This document shows positions 38,426 to 47,355 of a stretch of DNA of 64,000 bases, one piece after another (the stretch's first letter is position 1; each line of letters opens with the position of its first letter). A model generated the notes under the pieces. That model was not told the DNA's origin. It did no database searches and was given only the letters and a program-made list of their open reading frames with translations. Source of the stretch: Pseudomonadota bacterium. GTDB lineage: Bacteria > Pseudomonadota > Alphaproteobacteria > Sphingomonadales > Sphingomonadaceae. A program made the position numbers and the translations under genes. The DNA is taken from contig JAJZQN010000019.1 of the NCBI GenBank assembly GCA_021847605.1, forward strand, positions 485 to 64,484, in the 5' to 3' direction.

Positions 38426-39424
38426 ATGCGTCACACCTTCTTTTGCATCGATGGCCATACGGCCGGAAACCCCGTCCGCCTGGTCGCGGGCGGGGCGCCG
38501 CTGCTCAAGGGCGCGTCCATGTCGGAACGGCGTCAGGATTTCCTGAACCGTTTCGACTGGATCCGCACCGGCCTGTGCTTCGAACCGCGCGGGCATGACA
38601 TGATGTCGGGCGGCTTCCTCTATCCGCCCTGCGATCCGCAGAACGACATTGGCATCCTGTTCATCGAGACGAGCGGATGCCTGCCCATGTGCGGGCATGG
38701 CACGATCGGCATGGTGACGTTCGGGCTGGAGCATGGACTGATCCAGCCGGCGACGCCGGGGCGGTTGAAGGTCGAGGTGCCGGCCGGCGTGATCGACATC
38801 GCCTATGAGACGGAAGGGCAGAAGGTGACGGCGGTGCGCATCACCAATGTCCCGGCCTATGTCGCGGCGAAAGGGATCGCAGTCGATGTCGAAGGGATTG
38901 GGCCGCTGTCGATCGATGTGTCCTATGGCGGCAATTATTACGCCATCGTGGAGCCGCAGGGCGCCTATACCGGGCTGGACGATATGGGCGCGGCGCAGTT
39001 GATTGAACTCAGCGGTCGCATTCGCGAGGCGGTGCGGGCGCAATATGAGCCGGTCCATCCACTCGATCCGACGATCCGGGGGGTGAGCCATATCCTGTGG
39101 GCGGATAAGCCCAAGGGCGACGACGCTGACGGACGCAACGCCGTTTTCTATGGCGACAAGGCGATCGACCGCAGCCCGTGCGGCACCGGAACGTCGGCAC
39201 GGCTGGCGCATCTGGCGGCGACGGGACGGCTGAAGGTCGGCGAGCGCTTCGTGCATCAAAGCTATATTTGCAGCCGCTTCATCGGGCGGGTGGAAGAAGA
39301 GGTGATGCTGGGCGATCAGCCCGCGATCATCCCGTCGATCGAGGGATCGGCGGTGGCGACCGGCTTCAACACCATCTGGATCGATCGTGCCGATCCCTTT
39401 TGGGCGGGGTTCCAGGTGACGTAA
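38426..39424 (+). CDS. Proline-racemase-family enzyme with Cys/Cys catalytic pair (candidate 4-hydroxyproline 2-epimerase)
   Basis: IDGHTAGNPVRLV, LPMCGHGTIG and DRSPCGTGTSARLA. Both catalytic positions are Cys. The ATG at 38426 is preferred over the GTG at 38420. Confidence 0.8.
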   Translation: MRHTFFCIDGHTAGNPVRLVAGGAPLLKGASMSERRQDFLNRFDWIRTGLCFEPRGHDMMSGGFLYPPCDPQNDIGILFIETSGCLPMCGHGTIGMVTFGLEHGLIQPATPGRLKVEVPAGVIDIAYETEGQKVTAVRITNVPAYVAAKGIAVDVEGIGPLSIDVSYGGNYYAIVEPQGAYTGLDDMGAAQLIELSGRIREAVRAQYEPVHPLDPTIRGVSHILWADKPKGDDADGRNAVFYGDKAIDRSPCGTGTSARLAHLAATGRLKVGERFVHQSYICSRFIGRVEEEVMLGDQPAIIPSIEGSAVATGFNTIWIDRADPFWAGFQVT

Positions 39425-39432
39425 GCGACTGA

Positions 39433-39453
39433 ATGTCCGGGTCGCCCGGACAT
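39433..39453. terminator. Bidirectional hairpin between convergent genes
   Basis: ATGTCCGGG-tcg-CCCGGACAT. It overlaps the LysR stop codon. Confidence 0.6.
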
Positions 39454-40343
39454 CAGTTCTGTGTCAGCTGGGTCTGGCAAAATTCCATCGCCTTCTGAAC
39501 GCCGGGCACGAAGCGCCTGCCGCGCGGCATGATCATGCTCATCGGCTGAAGGTCGGCCATGCCGGTGACGGGACGAAAATACAGGCCGGCGGGCGGTTGC
39601 TCGTCACCCAGCACGGGCGTCAGGCCGACCCCGACCCCGGCGCGGACCAGTTCGAGCATGACGGAAATTTCCGTGCAGTCGGCGACCATGGTCGGCAGAA
39701 AGCCGGCGCGCTGGAACGCATCATTCACCTGTTCGAAAAAGCCGCTGCCCGAACTGCGTTTCAGCAGGATGAGGGGGATGCCGGACAAATGCGCCAGCGG
39801 CAGGGGCGCGCTTTTCGCCCATTGCGGGTCGTCGCTGCGGGCGATGAGCATCAGGCGCGGGACTGGCAGGGTCAGGATCTGCAAGGCGGGATTGACCACT
39901 GGCAATTGAGTCAGGGCGAAATCGAGCTGGCGCTGTTCAACCATCAATTCCAGCGCTTCGGGTTCCGCCTGGCGCAGGGAAAAGCTGGTGGCGTCCCCCT
40001 GCTTGCGCACCGCATCGACCATCTGGATGACCAGATTGCGATAAAGGGTGGTGTATCCCACCCGTATCCGCCCGGTCGATCCCCGGCCAATGGCCCGCAT
40101 CTCATCCTCGATCGCTTCGGCATTGCCCAGCAATTGCTGGGCGCGATCGAACAGCAGGCGACCCGTTTCGGTGAGGGTGAGGCCCCGGCCGATCCGGTCG
40201 AACAGGGCGACGCCCCATTCCGCCTCAAGCTGTTTGATGGCGACGCTGAGATTGGGCTGGGCGACATGGAGGATATCAGCGGCAGCCGCCAGCGACCCAT
40301 GAGCGACCACGGCGCGGAAATAGGCAAGCTGTCTCAACTTCAT
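39453..40343 (-). CDS. LysR-family transcriptional regulator
   Basis: N-terminal HTH (LRQLAYFRAVVAHGSLAAAADILHVAQPNLSVAIKQLE) plus a substrate-binding domain. Confidence 0.9.
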   Translation of the reverse strand: MKLRQLAYFRAVVAHGSLAAAADILHVAQPNLSVAIKQLEAEWGVALFDRIGRGLTLTETGRLLFDRAQQLLGNAEAIEDEMRAIGRGSTGRIRVGYTTLYRNLVIQMVDAVRKQGDATSFSLRQAEPEALELMVEQRQLDFALTQLPVVNPALQILTLPVPRLMLIARSDDPQWAKSAPLPLAHLSGIPLILLKRSSGSGFFEQVNDAFQRAGFLPTMVADCTEISVMLELVRAGVGVGLTPVLGDEQPPAGLYFRPVTGMADLQPMSMIMPRGRRFVPGVQKAMEFCQTQLTQN

Positions 40344-40710
40344 TGCGATGCTCCGTCCCGCGCCATTCTATAGCATGACAGCATGAAACCATAACGTGAT
40401 ATAGATTGAACGTACCATTTAGTTACGTTTCCCGTAAGAGTCGTTATGAAGTTCATATTGGATAGCCGGCCGGCGGATGCGCATATGCGCCCGCACGGCG
40501 ATTTTCGGCACCAAGGCGCGCGAAGATCGCTGATGCGCCGTGGCTTTTGCGCGGTTGCTGTCGTCGGATCGACCCGGACGGACACCGCCGGGCCGCAGCC
40601 TGCAAACAAGCGCCCTATCGTCGGAGAGAGATCCTGTTCGCGCCAGCGCGCCCATTTGTGGCGCATGGTGGTTGAATCCCTGGATAATCTGGATGTGAAG
40701 GAGGTCCGCC

Positions 40711-41609
40711 GTGACGGACGCAGGTGGCGCGCAAAGCGTGATGGCAAGGGGATGGCTCATCCTGCTTGGGGTGGTCATTTTCGTGGCGGGGCTGGCCTTT
40801 GCGGTCGGCGGCGCAAAGCTGCTGATGCTGGGGGGCAGCGTCTATTTTCTGATCGCCGGCGTCGCGCTGATCGCGGCGGGCGTGCAGATCGTGCGGCGGC
40901 GGCCTGCGGGCGCGCTGCTGTTCGGCGCGACCTTCGTGCTGACCATTGCATGGTCGCTGTGGGAAGTGGGCTTTGCCTTCTGGCCGCTGATTTCGCGGCT
41001 GTTGGCGATGGGCGTCGGCGCGACCGTGGTTGCCTTATCCTATCCGCTGCTGCGCCGGGCGCAGGGGCAGGCGCCGCGCTGGCGTCCGGCGCTGGTTGCA
41101 GCGGCGCTGGTGGGCCTTGCATCCGCCGGCGGTTTTGCGGCGATGTTTGTGCCGCACCCGACCGTCGATTTCGCCGGTGTCGAAGGCGCGCTGACGCCGG
41201 TCGATCCGGGCAAGGCGCAGAAGGACTGGACCGCCTATGGCAACAGCGGCGGGGGCGACCGCTTCGTCGCGCTGGACCAGATCAGCCGCGACAATGTGCG
41301 CAACCTGAAGGTCGCCTGGACATATCGCACCGGCGACGTCGCAATCAGCGACGGCAATGGCGCGGAAGATCAGGATACGCCGCTTCAGGTGGGCGACACG
41401 CTCTATGTCTGCACGCCGCACAATAATGTCATTGCGCTGGACGCGGACACGGGCCGCGAAAAGTGGAAGACGCTGATCAACGCCCATGCCAGTGTGTGGA
41501 TGCGATGCCGGGGGCTGGCCTATTTCGACGCCAAGGCGCCGTTGCAGCAGCCGACTGCGCCGGGTGCGACGCCTGTGCCGGCTGCGTTCGTGCCGGAAGG
41601 CGCCGCCTG
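40711..41609 (+). pseudogene. 5' fragment of a membrane-bound PQQ-dependent glucose/quinate-type dehydrogenase, truncated by Tn3-family insertion
   Basis: GTG start after gaaggagg. About 5 N-terminal TM helices, then the start of the PQQ propeller (NLKVAWTYRTGD..., DTPLQVGDTLYVCTPHNNVIALDADTGREKW). Only about 300 of the roughly 800 aa expected for this family are present. The reading frame runs into the transposon IR and stops at 41649. Confidence 0.8.
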
Positions 41610-41649
41610 TCAGGCCCCTGTGCATTGTAGGGACACAGATTCACGGTAG
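41610..41649 (+). repeat. Tn3-family terminal inverted repeat (left)
   Basis: TCAGGCCCCTGTGCATTGTAGGGACACAGATTCACGGTAG. The reverse complement of 46705-46744 matches at 36/40 positions. Confidence 0.85.
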
Positions 41650-44592
41650 TGGTTGGATGAGCAGCGGCATGAGGCCATTGGCGTCGAGATCGAGGCGATC
41701 GGACCAGACGTAATCGCCGGTGAGATTGATGCGATCCCATCCCAACGGTGAGAGCCGGGACAGCATAGCCGGATCGATCTGGCTTCCTCGCTGGCGCATT
41801 TCGTCAATGGCGCGCCCGAGATAGCGGCAGTTGAACAGGATGATCGCAGCGGTGACGAGGTTGAGAGCGGCTGCTCGGGTCTGCTGGTTCTCCAGGCCAC
41901 GGTCGCGAAAACGGCCGAGCCGATGGAAGGCGACTGCCCGGGCAAGGCTGTTGCGGGCCTCGCCCTTGTTCAACTCGGCAGTGACAGTACGGCGCAGAGC
42001 CGGATCCTCGAACCAGCGCAACGTGAACAGCGTGCGCTCGATCCGCCCGATCTCGCGCAGCGCCGCGGCGAGGCTGTTCTGCTGGCGATAGGCAGACAGC
42101 TTCTTGAGGATCAGCGAGGGCTTAACGGTGCCGTCGCGCATGGCACAAATGACACGTTCAATATCCGGCCAGTGGCTAACGATCAGGTCCCGGTCGAGCC
42201 TGTGACCGAATAGTGGCGCAAGCCTGCCGTAATGCTTCGAGGGTTCGAACGCGTAGAGGCGGCGGTCGGACAGGCGGGGAATGCGCGGCTCGAAATCGAG
42301 CCCGAGGAGATGCATGGTCGCGAACACGATGTCGGAAACACCGCCTCCATCGACGTGCAGCGCGGTCAGATTGGCGTTGCTGTCATGGCCGAGGATGCCG
42401 TCGAGCGCATGGATGGCTTCTCCTGCCGTGCCGGCGATCACGGTCTGGTGCAGTGGCGCGTAGCGGTCGGTGATGGTGGTGTAGATCTTGACCACCGGGT
42501 CGCGACCATAGTGGGCATTGACCGCTCCTCCGGCTTCGCCCGGCCCGCCCAGGTAGAAGGCCTGACCATCTGCAGAAGCCCGGTGTCCTTGCCCAAACCA
42601 GGCGGCGATCGGCTCGGCGTGGATGGCGTCGGTCAGACAGGCGAGCGCCGCTCGAAAGGTTTCCTCGCGCATGTGCCATGTCTGCATGCGCAGCAGCGCG
42701 CGGCGTGATCCTGCGCCGCATACCTCGGCCATGCGCGACAACCCGAGATTGGTCGCTTCGGCAATCAGAGTGGCGAGGAAGGTCCGCTCGTCGCCGGGCG
42801 GCAACCCGGTCGAGACGTGCCCGAAGTGCCGGGTGAAGCCGGTCCAGCGTTCGACCTGCGAAAGTACGTCGGTGATACGCGTCGCAGGCAGCATGCCGTA
42901 GCAGGCAAGCGTCAGGTGCCGTCCTTCGTCGTGCCCGGCATCATCGTCCTTCAGTTCCTTGGGAAAGCGCAATCGCCCGCCAGCGAACAGGGCAGCATTA
43001 CGTCCGGCTAGATTTTGGGCGACGTCGCGTAAGGTGTTGTCGAGTTGCGTGGCGCGCTGATCGAGCCATGCGTGTGGATCACCGAGCGAGAACGCCGTTT
43101 GCAACGCTGCGCCGCTTGATGGCTCGAGCAGCACGTCCAGCGACCTGTGCAGCCGTGACCTTGGCACCCAGATATCACCGGATGCCAATGCATTGGCGAG
43201 CGCCCCGTAGGTGGCCATCTCCCAATGCGTCCGGTCGATCTTGCCGGCGACCACGACATGGCGGTGCCAGCGCCGCTCGACATGACCGAGCGGAACGTCG
43301 GCAGGGAGCGGCTTGCGCCAGTTGCCATCAAGATCCGACAGGACCGTCATCGCGTTGCGCAATGCCGCGGTGCCGGCTCGACCGTGGAAATCGAGCGTTT
43401 GCAGGAATAGAGGTCCTGTTCGCTTGAAGGTCCGGTACTCGGCTGCGATCTCGCTTAGCACATCGTCCCTGTGAGGTGCCGCGGTACGACGGATGATCGC
43501 GGCATCGGCATCGAGCATGTCGAGAGGCACGATATCCCTGAGGGCCGCGCCGATATCTTCACCGGCACGTGCTGCCCGGCTAACTGTTTCCAGCACAGTG
43601 GCGATGCGCATCAGCCGGTCGCGGCCTTCGCGTCCCGAGATCGCGATCCCCTGTTCCAGGCGTTTGCGGGCACGAAGATGAGCGCGTCCCATCAAGGTGC
43701 CGAACATGGCGATCGCCGCGTCGGTAAGCGTGGCCTCCAGCTCGCGCAGCGTAGCAAGCAGGATGACCCGCCTGCGGGAAGCGCGCATCTGTTGGAAAGC
43801 CTGGGCGGTATAGCGCACGCCTTCGCGGGCGAACTGCGTCAGGCGTGGCTCGTGCAGGGGATCGACCGGAACACAGGCAATACCGGTCCTGTGAATCAGC
43901 GCGACCTTTTCGAGGATTTCAGCGAGCGAGGCTGACGCTACGCGGGGCTCCGGTTCGCGCAACCACGACAAGCGGCTCTGTCGGTGATGCACCTTCTCGT
44001 CGACCAGCGTATCGAGACGCTGACGCATATCCGCATCGAGTTTATCGTCGACTGCGGCGACCAGATCGGTTTCCGCCCGCAGCATCGCCTCGGCCGCCAT
44101 CCGCTCGACTACGCTGATGCCGGGGATGACGATGCGCCGCGTGCGCAGCTCGTCGAGCAGTCGATCGAGCAGAATACGCCCGTCCACGATGGCCATGGCT
44201 TCGGTTTCTAGCCAGGTCATCATGATGCCGCGCGCTGGCCGGCTGAGATCGGTGAAGCCGAAGCGCGCCTTGATGGCGGCAAGCTGATCGTAGCGGGTCG
44301 GCGCTCGCCGCGCGAAGTCGGCGATGGCGCCTGCATCCACCCCGACCTGCTCGGCGATATGCTCGAGCATGATCGCAGGCAACAGCTCGCCTGCGCGCAA
44401 ATGCCGCCCCGGATAGCGCAGGCAGCAGAGTTGCAGGGCGTAGCTCAACCGGGTCGCCGGAGTGCGTGCGGTGCCGATCGCAGCAAGGTCCTCGGCATCG
44501 AGGCCATGGTGTCGCACCACCGCCGCCTCGCTGTCGGGCAAAGCAAGCAACGCGGCGCGCTGCCGCTCGGTCATCGGAATACGTGCGGGCAT
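41641..44592 (-). CDS. tnpA: Tn3-family transposase
   Basis: 983 aa. The N-terminus (MTERQRAALLALPDSE...RLSYALQLCCLRYPGR) and the C-terminal DDE region are typical of Tn3-family TnpA. Confidence 0.9.
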   Translation of the reverse strand: MPARIPMTERQRAALLALPDSEAAVVRHHGLDAEDLAAIGTARTPATRLSYALQLCCLRYPGRHLRAGELLPAIMLEHIAEQVGVDAGAIADFARRAPTRYDQLAAIKARFGFTDLSRPARGIMMTWLETEAMAIVDGRILLDRLLDELRTRRIVIPGISVVERMAAEAMLRAETDLVAAVDDKLDADMRQRLDTLVDEKVHHRQSRLSWLREPEPRVASASLAEILEKVALIHRTGIACVPVDPLHEPRLTQFAREGVRYTAQAFQQMRASRRRVILLATLRELEATLTDAAIAMFGTLMGRAHLRARKRLEQGIAISGREGRDRLMRIATVLETVSRAARAGEDIGAALRDIVPLDMLDADAAIIRRTAAPHRDDVLSEIAAEYRTFKRTGPLFLQTLDFHGRAGTAALRNAMTVLSDLDGNWRKPLPADVPLGHVERRWHRHVVVAGKIDRTHWEMATYGALANALASGDIWVPRSRLHRSLDVLLEPSSGAALQTAFSLGDPHAWLDQRATQLDNTLRDVAQNLAGRNAALFAGGRLRFPKELKDDDAGHDEGRHLTLACYGMLPATRITDVLSQVERWTGFTRHFGHVSTGLPPGDERTFLATLIAEATNLGLSRMAEVCGAGSRRALLRMQTWHMREETFRAALACLTDAIHAEPIAAWFGQGHRASADGQAFYLGGPGEAGGAVNAHYGRDPVVKIYTTITDRYAPLHQTVIAGTAGEAIHALDGILGHDSNANLTALHVDGGGVSDIVFATMHLLGLDFEPRIPRLSDRRLYAFEPSKHYGRLAPLFGHRLDRDLIVSHWPDIERVICAMRDGTVKPSLILKKLSAYRQQNSLAAALREIGRIERTLFTLRWFEDPALRRTVTAELNKGEARNSLARAVAFHRLGRFRDRGLENQQTRAAALNLVTAAIILFNCRYLGRAIDEMRQRGSQIDPAMLSRLSPLGWDRINLTGDYVWSDRLDLDANGLMPLLIQPLP

Positions 44593-44720
44593 GTTTCATC
44601 CTCCAAAAACCTCTTGCCTTTTGCCCGCTTAATGAAAGAGGATTGTGAAAGGTGGAAGGCCGCAGAAATCCGCGCATGCTGTTTCCGCCTCCGGATACGG
44701 TCGTTTGTGAAAGATACTGG
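44593..44720. promoter_or_regulatory. res/divergent promoter region
   Basis: 128-bp tnpA-tnpR intergenic region. It holds repeated TGAAAG motifs (44633, 44646, 44708), including two TTGTGAAAG copies at 44643-44651 and 44705-44713. Confidence 0.55.
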
Positions 44721-45326
44721 ATGACGCGCGAACCCTATCTGATCGGCTATGCCCGCGTGTCGAAAGGCGACGAGCAGTCGAACGCCGCGCAGCGGCGCGC
44801 GCTTGATGCGGCGGGCTGCAAGCGCGTGTTCGAGGAGACCGCCAGCGGGGGGCGATGGGACCGACCCAAGCTCCTGGAGATGATCGGCCAGTTGCGCGAG
44901 GGAGATGTCGTCGTCGTCTGGAAGCTCGACCGGCTGTCGCGCAGCCTGAAGGACATGCTGCACATCATGGAGCGAATTGAGTTGGCGGGAGCGGGCTTCC
45001 GCTCGCTGACCGAGGCGATCGACACCACCACCGCGGCAGGGCGGATGATGATGCAAATGGTGGGAAGCTTCGCCGAGTTCGAGCGGGCCATGATCCGCGA
45101 ACGCACCAGTGCCGGCCTTGCTCAGGCCCGCGCAGAAGGACGGATCGGCGGGCGCCGGCGCAAGCTCGGCGACAAGCAGCGCCGTGAAATCGCCGAGTCC
45201 GTCACGTCCGGCCGCAAGTCCGGTGCCGAGATGGCGCGGCTCTACGGCGTCAGCGAGCCCACCGTCTCGCGCATCGTCGCCGCGCACCGCCAGCAATTCA
45301 GCCAGCAGCAGAGGGAACAGGCATGA
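44721..45326 (+). CDS. tnpR: Serine-recombinase resolvase
   Basis: LIGYARVSKGDEQ (catalytic Ser context), VVVWKLDRLSRS, and a C-terminal HTH (MARLYGVSEPTVSRIV). Confidence 0.9.
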   Translation: MTREPYLIGYARVSKGDEQSNAAQRRALDAAGCKRVFEETASGGRWDRPKLLEMIGQLREGDVVVVWKLDRLSRSLKDMLHIMERIELAGAGFRSLTEAIDTTTAAGRMMMQMVGSFAEFERAMIRERTSAGLAQARAEGRIGGRRRKLGDKQRREIAESVTSGRKSGAEMARLYGVSEPTVSRIVAAHRQQFSQQQREQA

Positions 45327-46687
45327 AGCGTGGTCACGATCTGTCCGGCGTCATGAAGTTCGCCACCTCGCCGGCCTGGGCCGATCATCTTCGCGATGCG
45401 CTCGGCGATCATCTCGGGCTGGCGATGGAGGAGTTCGACTTCGAAGCGGACGAGCTGGCGGACATCGTCGGCGATCATTGGGCCGGCGTGTTGTGGGGAT
45501 GCGCGTTCGAGGATCTGCTCACGCGCACCATCGAACCCGAGGACCGGAACATCGTTGATGACTATATTCGGCGCCGGGGCTGGAACGAGAGCGGCTCGAC
45601 CAAAATCTACCTGCGTGCCCTTCGATCGTCGGTGATGAGCCTCCACGAGGTGAGCGAGGTCGAGCCCGGGAGCGGCTTCCTTGTGCGTGACCTGATCCAG
45701 GGCGGCGAGCCGCTTCGAGTATCCGAGCGCAGCGCCTCGCAGACGCTGAAGCAATGGGACAGGATCGGTGCCCGCGTCGTGCAGGTCGGAGGCAAGCACC
45801 TCCTGTCGGGCGGCGTGCTGTCGTTCACGATGGAGGCGGCCGAGGCGCTCGTCGCCGATCTGCGGCGCTCGAAAGGCAAGCGCAGCCCGCGCACCGCGTT
45901 AAACCTAGACGCCGACGATCTGGCCGCACTTCCGGCCCTCATCAGCACGACATGGCTGTTCGATGTCGTTCCCAAGACCATAGGACCGGCGTCCATCCCC
46001 ACGCTGCACAACAGTGATGGCGAGGAGGTGGTGTTCCACCGCGTGCGCTTTCCCTTCGCACGCGGCGTGACCCAGGCGCTCGTCGGCGAGCGGCTCGATA
46101 CTGTCTCTGCGTTTCAGCGGGAAACCACGCACTTTTGGAACTGGCTGGGCGAGAAACCGGGCGGAAAAGCGAGAAGCACTGGGCGCATGGCGTGGGGTGT
46201 GACAATGGCGGACGGCACCCCGGTGCTCGGCAATGTCGAATTGAAAGGCCGCGCCCTGATTCTCGCCGTCACCTCGGCCGAGCGGGCGAAACGCGGCACC
46301 GCGCTCATGACCGATGCGCTCGCCGGGTTGGTCGGCTCGCCGCTGACCACGATCGAGACGGTCGAACAGGCCATGGCGGCGCGGGTCGAGGGACTGACAA
46401 CGTCCGAACCGGCACCCGCCATTGCGCCAGAGGTGGCAACCCCGCTCATCCATGCCATGCTCGACCGTCAGTACCTCGCGACGCTCGATGAACCCGTCGG
46501 CATGCTTGGCGACATCACCCCGCGCGCGGCCGTTCGAACCGCTGCGGGCCGTGGCCGAGTGGCGGGATGGCTCAAGTATCTTGAAAACCGCAGCAGCAGC
46601 AGTCAGCTCGACCGGAACGACCCGATGGTCACCTACGACTTCACTTGGATGTGGAGCGAACTTGGCATCGAGAACCTGCGCAAATAG
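45323..46687 (+). CDS. Transposon passenger protein of unknown function; C-terminus resembles DUF2384 (Xre/MbcA/ParS antitoxin-type) domain
   Basis: 454 aa. The start overlaps the tnpR stop (ATGA). The C-terminal LDEPVGMLGDITPRAAVRTAAGRGRVAGWLKYLE resembles the DUF2384 pattern. No partner gene fits before IR-R. Confidence 0.6.
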   Translation: MKRGHDLSGVMKFATSPAWADHLRDALGDHLGLAMEEFDFEADELADIVGDHWAGVLWGCAFEDLLTRTIEPEDRNIVDDYIRRRGWNESGSTKIYLRALRSSVMSLHEVSEVEPGSGFLVRDLIQGGEPLRVSERSASQTLKQWDRIGARVVQVGGKHLLSGGVLSFTMEAAEALVADLRRSKGKRSPRTALNLDADDLAALPALISTTWLFDVVPKTIGPASIPTLHNSDGEEVVFHRVRFPFARGVTQALVGERLDTVSAFQRETTHFWNWLGEKPGGKARSTGRMAWGVTMADGTPVLGNVELKGRALILAVTSAERAKRGTALMTDALAGLVGSPLTTIETVEQAMAARVEGLTTSEPAPAIAPEVATPLIHAMLDRQYLATLDEPVGMLGDITPRAAVRTAAGRGRVAGWLKYLENRSSSSQLDRNDPMVTYDFTWMWSELGIENLRK

Positions 46688-46704
46688 CTCGCTACCGCCG
46701 ACGC

Positions 46705-46744
46705 CTACCGTGAATCCGTGTCCTGATAATGCACAGGGGCCTGA
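46705..46744 (-). repeat. Tn3-family terminal inverted repeat (right)
   Basis: Reverse complement is TCAGGCCCCTGTGCATTATCAGGACACGGATTCACGGTAG. Confidence 0.85.
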
Positions 46745-47355
46745 TCGGGGTCAGTGCGGTCGATATAGCCGAGCGGGTTGTAACGGGCGGTCCGCCCTTC
46801 CGGATCGGTCGGGTTGAACAGGTAAACGGCCTGGCCGTATTTCTTGCGGAAGCCCGCCGTCGCGTCCCAATTCTCGCGCTTCACATCGAGGACGACGACC
46901 GACTCCTGCCATGACAGGAGGTTCGGGATGACGATGCCGACGCCCTTGCCCGAGCGGGTAGGGGCCTCGACGATGCAATGTTCGCTGCCCCCGAAGGTCA
47001 GGAACCTGGCGCCCTTCTTTCCCAGGACGATGCCGTCATTTGCGCGGAATCCGGCGCGACGGATCTCGCTTTCTTTGGCGAAGCGGGCAGCCCCGTGGAG
47101 AGGGGGCTTTCGCTTTGCGACCCACCACAACATGAGGCCGGCGATGATGATGCCGACCAATGCACCTCCGGCGAGCGCTTTCAGCACCACGGGATCGTGC
47201 CGATAATACCAGAAGAACCCCGGCATCTTGAAAATGTCGAACTTGGCGCTGGGGAGGCCCAGGTAGATCCACGCGACGACCGAGGCGATAAGGAAAGCCA
47301 CGACGATCCCGACCGGAATGCCGAGGGCGAGAATGGTGCCCCTTCTAGGCTGCAT
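46745..47355 (-). pseudogene. virD4: 5' fragment of VirD4/TraG-type coupling protein, truncated by the Tn3-family element
   Basis: Two N-terminal TM helices and the Walker A context (VEAPTRSGKGVGIVIPN). Only about 203 native residues are present. The frame continues into IR-R and ends in ...PVHYQDTDSR, the same IR-encoded tail as the dehydrogenase fragment. Confidence 0.8.

Larger units (their letters stand above)
41610..46744. mobile_element. Tn3-family transposon (tnpA, res, tnpR, one passenger gene)
   Basis: 40-bp terminal inverted repeats with 4 mismatches. Divergent tnpA/tnpR. The tnpA stop codon lies inside IR-L, as is common in the family. Confidence 0.9.

Noticed and set aside
40446-41426. 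326-aa ORF overlapping the PQQ-dehydrogenase fragment in another frame
   Set aside because: It has Arg/Gly/Ala junk composition. The alternative frame encodes recognisable TM helices and PQQ-propeller motifs.
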